Source of the DNA: Casimicrobiaceae bacterium
GTDB lineage: Bacteria; Pseudomonadota; Gammaproteobacteria; Burkholderiales; Casimicrobiaceae
DNA: 64,000 nucleotides
Assembly (NCBI GenBank): GCA_035536655.1
Contig: DATLNR010000134.1
Span: forward strand, 34,846-98,845
Direction: 5' to 3'
Below the pieces are notes generated by a model. The model was not told the origin of the DNA, did no database searches, and saw only the letters and a program-made list of their open reading frames with translations. How positions within the stretch are numbered: position 1 is the first letter of the stretch; the number at the start of each line of letters is the position of its first letter. This document shows positions 20,522 through 29,488 of the stretch, piece by piece. The position numbers were made by a program, and so were the translations under genes.

Positions 20522-21403
20522 CTAATGCGTTCGCATCGTGATCCAGTCCGAAAGCTCCGACAAGCGCCGCCCCCGCGGCCTGAGCGGTGCCAGAGCTTCG
20601 TGCGCGTCCTGCCGAAGCCTCTCGGCGTAGCGCTTCGCTTCGTCCAGCCCGAGCAAAGCCACGTACGTAGGCTTGTTCTGCGCAGCGTCCTTGCCGGCCG
20701 TCTTGCCGAGCGTCGCTGCGCAGCCCTCGACGTCGAGCACGTCGTCCACGACCTGAAAGGCGAGCCCGATGGCGGCGGCATAACGGTCGAGCGCGCGCTG
20801 CTGCGCGATCTCGAGCGGCTCGCCGCACAGGGCGCCCAAGCGGACGGCCGCACGGATGAGCGCGCCGGTTTTCATCCGATGCATCGCCTCGACGTCGGCA
20901 ATGCCGACGGCGCTCGCGGCCAGATCCACCGCCTGCCCCCCCGCCATCCCGGAGGCCCCGGACGCCCGAGCCAGTTCGAGGCACGCCGCACCGACGTCGG
21001 GCAACGCGGATTGGGCCAGCATCTCGAATGCGTGCGTCTGCAAGGCGTCGCCGGCAAGAAGCGCGAGCGCTTCGCCATGCGCGACATGACACGTCGGCTT
21101 GCCGCGTCGCAGGTCATCGTCATCCATGCACGGCAAGTCGTCATGGACGAGCGAGTACGCGTGGATCAGCTCGACGGCGGCCGCGGCCGCATCGACCCGC
21201 TCGGTGTCGGCATCGGTGAGCTCGCCCGCGGCATACGCGAGCAATGCGCGCATGCGCTTTCCGCCGCCGAGCGTGGCATAGCGCATCGCCTCGAGCAACG
21301 GCGTCGCGACGGCATCGCTCGACGCCAGCGATCGATCCAGCACATGCTCGATGCGCAGCTGGCGCTCGCGCGACCAAACGGCGAAGGCGAGATCGTCACG
21401 CAT
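20522..21403 (-). CDS. ispA: Geranyltranstransferase / farnesyl diphosphate synthase
   Basis: [45 protein letters not shown]. Confidence 0.96.
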   Translation of the reverse strand: MRDDLAFAVWSRERQLRIEHVLDRSLASSDAVATPLLEAMRYATLGGGKRMRALLAYAAGELTDADTERVDAAAAAVELIHAYSLVHDDLPCMDDDDLRRGKPTCHVAHGEALALLAGDALQTHAFEMLAQSALPDVGAACLELARASGASGMAGGQAVDLAASAVGIADVEAMHRMKTGALIRAAVRLGALCGEPLEIAQQRALDRYAAAIGLAFQVVDDVLDVEGCAATLGKTAGKDAAQNKPTYVALLGLDEAKRYAERLRQDAHEALAPLRPRGRRLSELSDWITMRTH

Positions 21404-21626
21404 CGCCGGGCTCGAACGCCTTCAGCACGCCGCGCTCGAGGATCTCCACTTGCTGCTGAGCGTCCTTCAACTCGCGCTGACAGAACGTAAGCAATTGCGC
21501 ACCCCGCTGGTAGGCAGCGAGCGCGTCCTTCAACGGCAGCTGACCGCCTTCCATCCGCGCGACGATGTCCTCGAGCTCGGCGAGCGCGGCCTCGAAACTA
21601 AGCGGCGAGTCGGGAGTCTGTGCCAT
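21396..21626 (-). CDS. xseB: Exodeoxyribonuclease VII small subunit
   Basis: SFEAALAELEDIVARMEGGQLPL...YQRG..L..FCQ; xseB-ispA-dxs synteny. Confidence 0.95.
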   Translation of the reverse strand: MAQTPDSPLSFEAALAELEDIVARMEGGQLPLKDALAAYQRGAQLLTFCQRELKDAQQQVEILERGVLKAFEPGDA

Positions 21627-21721
21627 CGGGAATCGTCGCGCTGAAGCCGGCGGGAGAGGTCGTTCCACGCTTCGGGCGGCGTCGGGGAGCCGTCCTGTCG
21701 ATCGCGCCGTTTCATTCGCGA

Positions 21722-21751
21722 TTGACCTTCTCGCGAGCGGCCTTACATACT
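21722..21751 (+). promoter_or_regulatory. Putative sigma70 promoter of the Rieske gene
   Basis: TTGACC-18 nt-CATACT, ending about 70 nt before the ATG at 21820. Confidence 0.4.
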
Positions 21752-21819
21752 AGCAGGTTCGTCGCCTCCGCCGCCCTTTCGCGGCATGACCGGCATCGAT
21801 GCGATCCTCGAGCTAAGCC

Positions 21820-22935
21820 ATGACGAATCTAGCCTCCGCCAGAGATCTCACCGAAGCGACGTCGCAGCTTGCCGCGGCGTGGTATTGCGATCCACGCGTG
21901 TTCGAGGCGGAAATGCGGACGCTGTTCTCCCGCGCGCCGGGGTACGTCGGACACGAACTGATGGTGCCGGAAGTCGGCGACTATCACGCGCTCGAATCGC
22001 GGGATAACGGTCAGGTGCTGGTCCGCAATGCCGACGGCGTCGAGCTCCTGTCGAACATCTGCCGGCATCGGCAGGCGGTGATGCTCAAGGGTCGCGGCAA
22101 TGTCGGCAACATCGTCTGCCCGCTGCACCGCTGGACTTACGACCTTAAGGGGCAACTGCTCGGCGCGCCGCAGTTCGCCGTGCAGCCCTGCGCGAGTCTT
22201 GCAAAGACGCCTTTGCAGAACTGGAACGGCCTGTTGTTCGACGGTAAGCGCACTGTCGCGCAGGACCTCGCAGGCATCAGCACCGAGCTCTTCGACTTCG
22301 CCGACTACCGCCTCGACAGGGTCGAGATGCACGACTGCCGGTACAACTGGAAGTCGTTCATCGAGGTCTATCTCGAGGACTACCACGTCGGCCCGTTTCA
22401 TCCGGGGCTTGGTCAGTTCGTGACCTGCGACGACCTGGCGTGGGAGTTCGCGCCGTGGGCGTCGAAGCAGACGGTCGGCATCCATTGCGAGCTTTCGAAG
22501 CCCGGCACGAAGGCCTACGCGAAGTGGCACGAGGCCGTGCTGCGCTTCTATGACGGCAGGATCCCGCCGCACGGCGCGATCTGGCTCACCTACTTCCCGA
22601 ACGTCATGCTCGAGTGGTATCCGCACGTGCTCGTCGTGAGCACCCTCTATCCGAAGGCGCCCGATCGGACGATGAACGTCGTCGAGTTCTATTACCCGGA
22701 AGAGATCGCGTTGTTCGAGCGCGAGTTCGTCGAGAGTGAGCAGGCGGCGTACATGGAAACCGCGGTCGAGGATGACGAGATCGCGATCCGCATGGACGAG
22801 GGTCGCAAGCTCCTTTACGCGCAGGGACGCAACGAAGCAGGTCCCTATCAGTCGCCAATGGAAGACGGCATGCAGCACTTCCACGAGTTCTATCGGCGCG
22901 AGATGGGTTCGGAGCTCGAGGCGCTGTCGGCATGA
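21820..22935 (+). CDS. Rieske non-heme iron oxygenase, probable putrescine 2-hydroxylase
   Basis: CRHR...CPLHRW Rieske ligands; NWKSFIEVYLEDYHVGPFH and ED mononuclear iron site. Divergent from xseB, the position where, as I recall, the Ralstonia/Bordetella putrescine 2-hydroxylase lies. Confidence 0.8.
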   Translation: MTNLASARDLTEATSQLAAAWYCDPRVFEAEMRTLFSRAPGYVGHELMVPEVGDYHALESRDNGQVLVRNADGVELLSNICRHRQAVMLKGRGNVGNIVCPLHRWTYDLKGQLLGAPQFAVQPCASLAKTPLQNWNGLLFDGKRTVAQDLAGISTELFDFADYRLDRVEMHDCRYNWKSFIEVYLEDYHVGPFHPGLGQFVTCDDLAWEFAPWASKQTVGIHCELSKPGTKAYAKWHEAVLRFYDGRIPPHGAIWLTYFPNVMLEWYPHVLVVSTLYPKAPDRTMNVVEFYYPEEIALFEREFVESEQAAYMETAVEDDEIAIRMDEGRKLLYAQGRNEAGPYQSPMEDGMQHFHEFYRREMGSELEALSA

Positions 22936-22965
22936 GGCTGCGGTAAGCTTGGGCCGGAATCGGCC

Positions 22966-23814
22966 ATGCATTCGACGCTCATCTCCACCGAAGAACTCGC
23001 ACGGCGCCTCGGCGATCCGGCGCTCGTCGTCGTCGATGTGCGCCACGACCTGATGCAGCCCGACGCGTGGGGTGAATCGCGCTACGCCGAGTCGCACATC
23101 CCGGGCGCTCGTTTTGTGCACCTCGACCGCGAGCTTTCCGCGGCGAAAAACGGTCGCAACGGACGGCACCCGCTGCCTTCAGTCGAGGAAGCAACGGCAC
23201 TGTTTTCGCGTGTCGGCATCGACGCGCACAAGCAGGTCGTCGCGTACGATCAGAACGCCGGCATGTTCGCGGCGCGTCTATGGTGGATGCTGCGCTGGCT
23301 TGGTCACGATGCGGTCGCCGTGCTCGATGGCGGATTCGAACAGTGGACGAGCGAAGGGCGACCCGTTACGTCGCAACTACCGGTCGTCGAGCCCGCGGTC
23401 TTCGTCGCGCGGCAGGTGAAGTCGACAATGACGACGGCCGATGTGCTCGATGACCTGAACGCGCCAACGTTGACATTGCTCGACGCGCGCGCACCCGAGC
23501 GCTTCCGCGGCGAAATCGAGCCGCTCGATCCGGTGGCCGGCCACATTCCCGGCGCCATCAATCGCTTCTACGGCAGCAACGTCGACACCCAGGGTCGTTT
23601 CAAATCGCCGCAGGCGTTGCGCAACGAGTTCGCCCAGCTGCTCGGCACCGCGCCGCTCGAGCGCGTCGTGCATTACTGCGGCAGCGGCGTCACCGCATGC
23701 CACAACCAGCTTGCGATGGAAGTCGCGGGCCTGCCCGGCACGCAACTTTTTCCGGGGTCGTGGAGCGAGTGGTGCGCGGATGAATCGCGCCCGGTCGCCG
23801 TGGGATACGCGTGA
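22966..23814 (+). CDS. Two-domain rhodanese / 3-mercaptopyruvate sulfurtransferase (SseA-like)
   Basis: HIPGA twice, AARLWWML, VLDGG, catalytic YCGSGVTAC, GSWSEW. Confidence 0.92.
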   Translation: MHSTLISTEELARRLGDPALVVVDVRHDLMQPDAWGESRYAESHIPGARFVHLDRELSAAKNGRNGRHPLPSVEEATALFSRVGIDAHKQVVAYDQNAGMFAARLWWMLRWLGHDAVAVLDGGFEQWTSEGRPVTSQLPVVEPAVFVARQVKSTMTTADVLDDLNAPTLTLLDARAPERFRGEIEPLDPVAGHIPGAINRFYGSNVDTQGRFKSPQALRNEFAQLLGTAPLERVVHYCGSGVTACHNQLAMEVAGLPGTQLFPGSWSEWCADESRPVAVGYA

Positions 23815-24578
23815 TGCGACGGCTCGAAGGTCGCCATGCGATCGTCACCGGCGCCGCACGCGGCATCGGTTTCGCGATCGCGCAGCGCCTCGCGTCGGAA
23901 GGCGCGCGGATCACGCTCGTCGACCTTCCCGACAGCGCCGGGGCGGAAGCCGCGAAGACGCTTGCCGACGCCGCCTTCGTCGCAGCCGACGTATCGGAGA
24001 GCGGCGACGTCAAACGAATGGTCGACGATGCACTCGCGCGCAACGGCCGCATCGACATCCTGGTCAACAACGCCGGCATCCTGCACACGTGCGAGTTTCT
24101 CGACCTGGACGAAGCCGACTTCGACCGCGTGCTGCGCGTGAACGTGAAGTCGATGTTCCTCGTCGGCCAGGCGGTCGCCCGTTCGATGGTCGAGCGCAAG
24201 ATCGCCGGCGCGATCGTCAACATGTCGTCGGTCAACGCCGTGCTGGCGATTCCGACGCAGGTGCCGTACACGGTGAGCAAAGGCGCGGTGAATCAGCTCA
24301 CGAAGGTCATGGCGCTCTCGCTCGCACCGCATGGCATTCGCGTCAACGCGATCGGTCCGGGGACCATCGCGACCGAGATGACGAAGGGTTTGCAGACCGA
24401 CGAGGCTGCGCGCAAGCGGATCCTGTCGCGGACGCCGTTGCGACGCGTTGGCGAGCCCGAAGAAGTCGCCGCGATCGCTGCGTTTCTCGCGAGCGACGAC
24501 GCGTCGTACATCTCCGGACAGACGATCTATCCGGACGGCGGCCGGCTCGGGCTCAATTACACGGTGCCGGTGGAATAG
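23811..24578 (+). CDS. Short-chain dehydrogenase/reductase
   Basis: TGAARGIG, LVNNAG, YTVSK, IRVNAIGPG. Confidence 0.92.
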   Translation: MMRRLEGRHAIVTGAARGIGFAIAQRLASEGARITLVDLPDSAGAEAAKTLADAAFVAADVSESGDVKRMVDDALARNGRIDILVNNAGILHTCEFLDLDEADFDRVLRVNVKSMFLVGQAVARSMVERKIAGAIVNMSSVNAVLAIPTQVPYTVSKGAVNQLTKVMALSLAPHGIRVNAIGPGTIATEMTKGLQTDEAARKRILSRTPLRRVGEPEEVAAIAAFLASDDASYISGQTIYPDGGRLGLNYTVPVE

Positions 24579-24599
24579 CGGTCCAGATTCTCCCGTCGA

Positions 24600-24778
24600 T
24601 CTACATGACGCGACCCGCTGGCGGCGCGGATCACCCGATCCACCAGCAACGCTCGACTCTGCGGGGTGGTTCGCGCATTCTTGTGGATGTTCATCCGGCT
24701 GTCTCCTGCGAGGTTGATCGGCTCGCACCAATCAGCTTTTCGGATACAGCCCCGGTGAACAACCTCATAGAAATCACC
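24600..24778 (-). mobile_element. Truncated IS481-family remnant (left end plus first ~22 transposase codons)
   Basis: Minus strand GTGATTTCTATGAGGTTGTTCACC end motif, GGAG RBS, then ATG at 24694: MNIHKNARTTPQSRALLVDRVI, the typical IS481 N-terminal leucine-zipper start. The integrase core is absent. Confidence 0.8.
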
Positions 24779-25325
24779 TCGAGCGACCCAAACGCCACTC
24801 CGCGACAGGGCGATAGTCCGAGCCCCCCGGCGCGGGCGTCGAGGCTACGAGCGAAAGCGCTTCGACGGTCCAGCCGATCGAGGGGACGCTGCCGCGCTGG
24901 ACGCTGCGGATGCGATCACGCGCCAGCGTGATGTGCGGCCGAAACATGCGCTGCTCCAACGCGTGACCGGCTGCAACGAGTTGTGATCGGAGCTCGAGGT
25001 GCAGCGCGTGAAGAGGCTCGACGGCGGCGGCGGGAGCGAGCCACGCAACGCCATACGACGTGCCGCCGAGTCGCTCCAGCACGATGCGAAACGGCGCTAC
25101 GCTCCCCGCCGCGTGCGCTCCGATCGTGCTTAGCGCCTCGACGCTTTCGACGGGAACTTCTCCGACGAACGCCACCGTCAAATGCAGGTTGACGTCGCGC
25201 GGCGCGCGGCCTTGCCCGTCACGCGCAATCTCCTCGGCGAGCCGCACGAGCGCCTTGCGCGCGGCGGCATCCGGCCACAACGCATAGAATAGCCGCTGCT
25301 TCCTGCCCCTCGTCTCCCCGCTCAT
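24774..25325 (-). CDS. thpR: RNA 2',3'-cyclic phosphodiesterase (2H family)
   Basis: RLFYALWP, two HxT motifs (LHLTVAF, PHITLAR), C-terminal S...PGGSDY. Confidence 0.9.
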   Translation of the reverse strand: MSGETRGRKQRLFYALWPDAAARKALVRLAEEIARDGQGRAPRDVNLHLTVAFVGEVPVESVEALSTIGAHAAGSVAPFRIVLERLGGTSYGVAWLAPAAAVEPLHALHLELRSQLVAAGHALEQRMFRPHITLARDRIRSVQRGSVPSIGWTVEALSLVASTPAPGGSDYRPVAEWRLGRSR

Positions 25326-25354
25326 CGCGGAAGTTTAGGGTCAGACGCGGCGCT

Positions 25355-26668
<1,314 letters not shown>

Positions 26669-26804
26669 CGATTTCTCCGGTCCGTGGAAGGCGACGGTGC
26701 AAGCGTCGTTGGACGAACCGTAGCAAATTCAACGCGGGCGCTCAAGCGCGTTAATGCGCTGCGTCACGATTAATTTCCCAACTAATCAGTCAGTTCGAAT
26801 GCGA

Positions 26805-26819
26805 TTCCACGATGCGGAA
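26805..26819. promoter_or_regulatory. IclR-like palindromic operator 1
   Basis: TTCCACGATGCGGAA in the aceA/cytochrome c divergent region. Confidence 0.55.
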
Positions 26820-26966
26820 GGATTCCAGCGCACAGACGCCATGATTTTGTTGCGTCGCAGGGCTGGCCCCCTCAAACGCGCTCTTCCCCCGCGGCGGCAT
26901 GATCCTAACCGACTGATATTTCGACGAACCGGCGCGTAGGTAATTCACTCGACGTGGCCGTGCTCA

Positions 26967-26981
26967 TTCCACATCGCGGAA
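26967..26981. promoter_or_regulatory. IclR-like palindromic operator 2
   Basis: TTCCACATCGCGGAA, a near-identical second copy. Confidence 0.55.
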
Positions 26982-27146
26982 ATCGATTCCGTGCGCAAAT
27001 GGCATTCGCCGAGCGGTAACTGGCATCGGACCGCGCGACGGTCTAACGATGGAACGTCGCGACGGCGTAAACGGCGAGGCGGCGGATTATGCTATGCGCC
27101 GTCGCGCGACCCACCGCGCCGTCCCCACGACTTCAAGGAGATTCGA

Positions 27147-27455
27147 ATGCGAACCGCTTTGCCCTGGCTCGCGGCGATCGCGCTTGCCCCGCCGATCGCG
27201 CCCGCGCACGCGCAATCCGACATGCAGCGCGCACGCGACCTTGCCGCGAGTTGCTCGAATTGCCACGGCACCGCAGGCCGCGCGCAAGGCCAGTTACCGG
27301 TGCTCGCGGGACAGCCGAAAGCGGACATCGTTTCGAAGCTGAACGACTTCCGCGACGGCAAGCGGCCTGCGACGATCATGCATCAGCTCGCGAAAGGCTA
27401 TACGCCCGACCAGATCGACATGATCGCCGGCTGGTTCTCGCAACAGAAACCGTAA
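27147..27455 (+). CDS. Monoheme class I cytochrome c, flavocytochrome c partner subunit
   Basis: AAGGAG RBS, signal peptide, CSNCH heme motif, TIMHQLAKGY axial Met; directly upstream of an fccB-like gene. Confidence 0.92.
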   Translation: MRTALPWLAAIALAPPIAPAHAQSDMQRARDLAASCSNCHGTAGRAQGQLPVLAGQPKADIVSKLNDFRDGKRPATIMHQLAKGYTPDQIDMIAGWFSQQKP

Positions 27456-27472
27456 CGGGGAAACGCATGCGT

Positions 27473-28750
27473 ATGCAAAGACGACAATTCATCAAGACCG
27501 CCGCCGCGGTCACCGCCACGACCGCCGTTGCCGGTTGTGCGACGATCGGGACCGGCGGTCCGTCGGCAGGCAAGGTCGTCGTCGTTGGAGGCGGTTACGG
27601 CGGCGCAACGACGGCGAAGTACACGCGGCTGTGGAGCAACGGGCGCGTCGACGTGACGCTCGTCGAGCCGAACCCGGCGTTCGTCTCGTGTCCGATGAGC
27701 AATCTCGTGCTCGGCGGCAGCCGCACGATCGATGACGTGACGGTCGCGTACGACGGCCTTCGACGCCACGGCGTTCGCGTGCTGCGCGATACGGCGACAA
27801 CAGTCGATCCCGAGAGGCGCATCGTGCGTCTCGCGAGCGGCGCTGAGCTGCCGTACGACCGCCTCGTCTTGTCGCCCGGCATCGATTTCATGTACGAGAA
27901 CGTTCCCGGGCTCGACAACGCCCAGGCGCAGGAAGCGATCCTGCATGCGTGGAAAGCGGGGCCGCAGACGGTTGCACTACGTCGGCAGCTCGAGGCGATG
28001 CCGGACGGCGGCGTCTATGCGCTGACGATTCCCGTGGCGCCGTATCGCTGCCCGCCCGGGCCGTACGAGCGCGCGTGCCAGGTGGCGTGGTATTTCCGCA
28101 AGGCGAAGCCCAAGTCGAAGGTGCTCGTTCTCGACGGCAACCCCGACGTCACGTCGAAGGCCGGGCTGTTCAAGCGCGCCTGGTCGGAAGAGTACAAGGG
28201 AATCGTCGAGTACCGGCCGAATCACGTGATGACCGACGTCGACTGGCGCACGAAAACCGCCAAGTTCGAGACGGCGCAGGACGTGAAAGCCGACGTTCTC
28301 AACGCGGTCCCGCCGCATCGTGCCGGCAATATCGCCCGGCAGGCCGGCGTCATCACGGCGAACAATCGCTGGTGCGAGGTTGACTTCCTGACGTTCGAGT
28401 CGATCAAGGTGAAAAGCATTCACGTCATCGGCGATTCGATCCAGATCGCGCCCGCGATGCCCAAGTCCGGGCACATGGCGAACGCGCACGCAAAGGTGTG
28501 CGCATCGGCGATCGTCGCGACGCTCACCGGACAGCCGGTGAACGCTTCACCGCTGATCACCAACACCTGCTACAGCTTCATCACCGACCGCGACGTCGTG
28601 CACGTCGCCTCGGTGCACACCTACGATCGGGACAAGAAGACGTTCCTCGCCGTGCAGGGTGCCGGCGGTTTGTCGCCGACGTGGACGCCGCTCGAGGGCG
28701 AGTACGCGCAGGGATGGGCGCGGAACATCTGGGCGGATGCGTTGGCGTGA
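27473..28750 (+). CDS. fccB: Flavocytochrome c sulfide dehydrogenase, flavoprotein subunit
   Basis: Tat signal RRQFIK, VVVGGGYGG, FVSCPMSN, YRCPPGPYER, PKSGHMAN, NTCYS. Start 27467 or 27473. Confidence 0.9.
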   Translation: MQRRQFIKTAAAVTATTAVAGCATIGTGGPSAGKVVVVGGGYGGATTAKYTRLWSNGRVDVTLVEPNPAFVSCPMSNLVLGGSRTIDDVTVAYDGLRRHGVRVLRDTATTVDPERRIVRLASGAELPYDRLVLSPGIDFMYENVPGLDNAQAQEAILHAWKAGPQTVALRRQLEAMPDGGVYALTIPVAPYRCPPGPYERACQVAWYFRKAKPKSKVLVLDGNPDVTSKAGLFKRAWSEEYKGIVEYRPNHVMTDVDWRTKTAKFETAQDVKADVLNAVPPHRAGNIARQAGVITANNRWCEVDFLTFESIKVKSIHVIGDSIQIAPAMPKSGHMANAHAKVCASAIVATLTGQPVNASPLITNTCYSFITDRDVVHVASVHTYDRDKKTFLAVQGAGGLSPTWTPLEGEYAQGWARNIWADALA

Positions 28751-28769
28751 CAGAGTCACGCCGGCGTGA

Positions 28770-28798
28770 GCAGCTCGGTAACCGGGCTACCGAGCTGC
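28770..28798. terminator. Hairpin between convergent genes
   Basis: Perfect 11-bp stem gcagctcggta/taccgagctgc, preceded by palindrome tcacgccggcgtga; no U tract. Confidence 0.45.
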
Positions 28799-28805
28799 GC
28801 GGTAC

Positions 28806-29468
28806 CTAGAAAGGCGAGGCGGTGCCGTCGCGACTGATAATCGACGCACGCAGATTGCAGCGGCTGTCGGACAAATCTCCGCTGCCGGCCACGCGCGACA
28901 TGCGAACACCGAAGCGCACCGTTTGGCCGACGGCGAGGTCGACGTTGGCCAGGTTGGCGATCGAGCCCCACTGATTCGCGGCGATCGCTCCGCGGTTGGC
29001 GACCGTCGTGAGCTGCGTCCAGTTCGCGCCATTGTCGGTCGTATAAACCAGGTCGGCCGCGACGTCGACGTTGGTCGGCGCGAGACCGGCGAAGGCGAGA
29101 TCGAGATACGCGCGACGCGGAAATCCGGTGACCGCATAGTTCGCCGTCTGGCAGATCGTCGGCGCACCGCTCAGGTTCACCGCGCCGGAGACGACATCGA
29201 CGCCGACCTGCACCGGCGTCAACGCCGTCCCGAGGCGGTTCATGAATGCAGCCATCTGGTTGCGCAGCACGGGCTGCGTCGGGCAGTACAGCGTACCGGG
29301 AATGTTGCAGCCGATCGTCACGCCGCGGTTGCGGATCCATTCGATGTTGGCGCAGAAGATGTCGTTCGAGTCGACGTCGTCGAAGCCTGCGCACGGTGGG
29401 GCGGCCGTGGCGACGGTCGACACGATCGAGAGCGCGAGGGCGGCAAGAAACTGCTGGCGGGCACGCAT
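28806..29468 (-). CDS. Secreted protein: Cys-containing SLH-like domain plus C-terminal beta-rich domain (220 aa)
   Basis: Signal peptide MRARQQFLAALALSIVSTVATA, then CAGFDDV...FCANIEWIRNRGVTIGC...YCPTQPVLRNQMAAFMNRL. This is the true gene inside the 28806..30302 ORF. Confidence 0.85.
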   Translation of the reverse strand: MRARQQFLAALALSIVSTVATAAPPCAGFDDVDSNDIFCANIEWIRNRGVTIGCNIPGTLYCPTQPVLRNQMAAFMNRLGTALTPVQVGVDVVSGAVNLSGAPTICQTANYAVTGFPRRAYLDLAFAGLAPTNVDVAADLVYTTDNGANWTQLTTVANRGAIAANQWGSIANLANVDLAVGQTVRFGVRMSRVAGSGDLSDSRCNLRASIISRDGTASPF

Positions 29469-29488
29469 GAAGGACTCCGTAAAAACGA

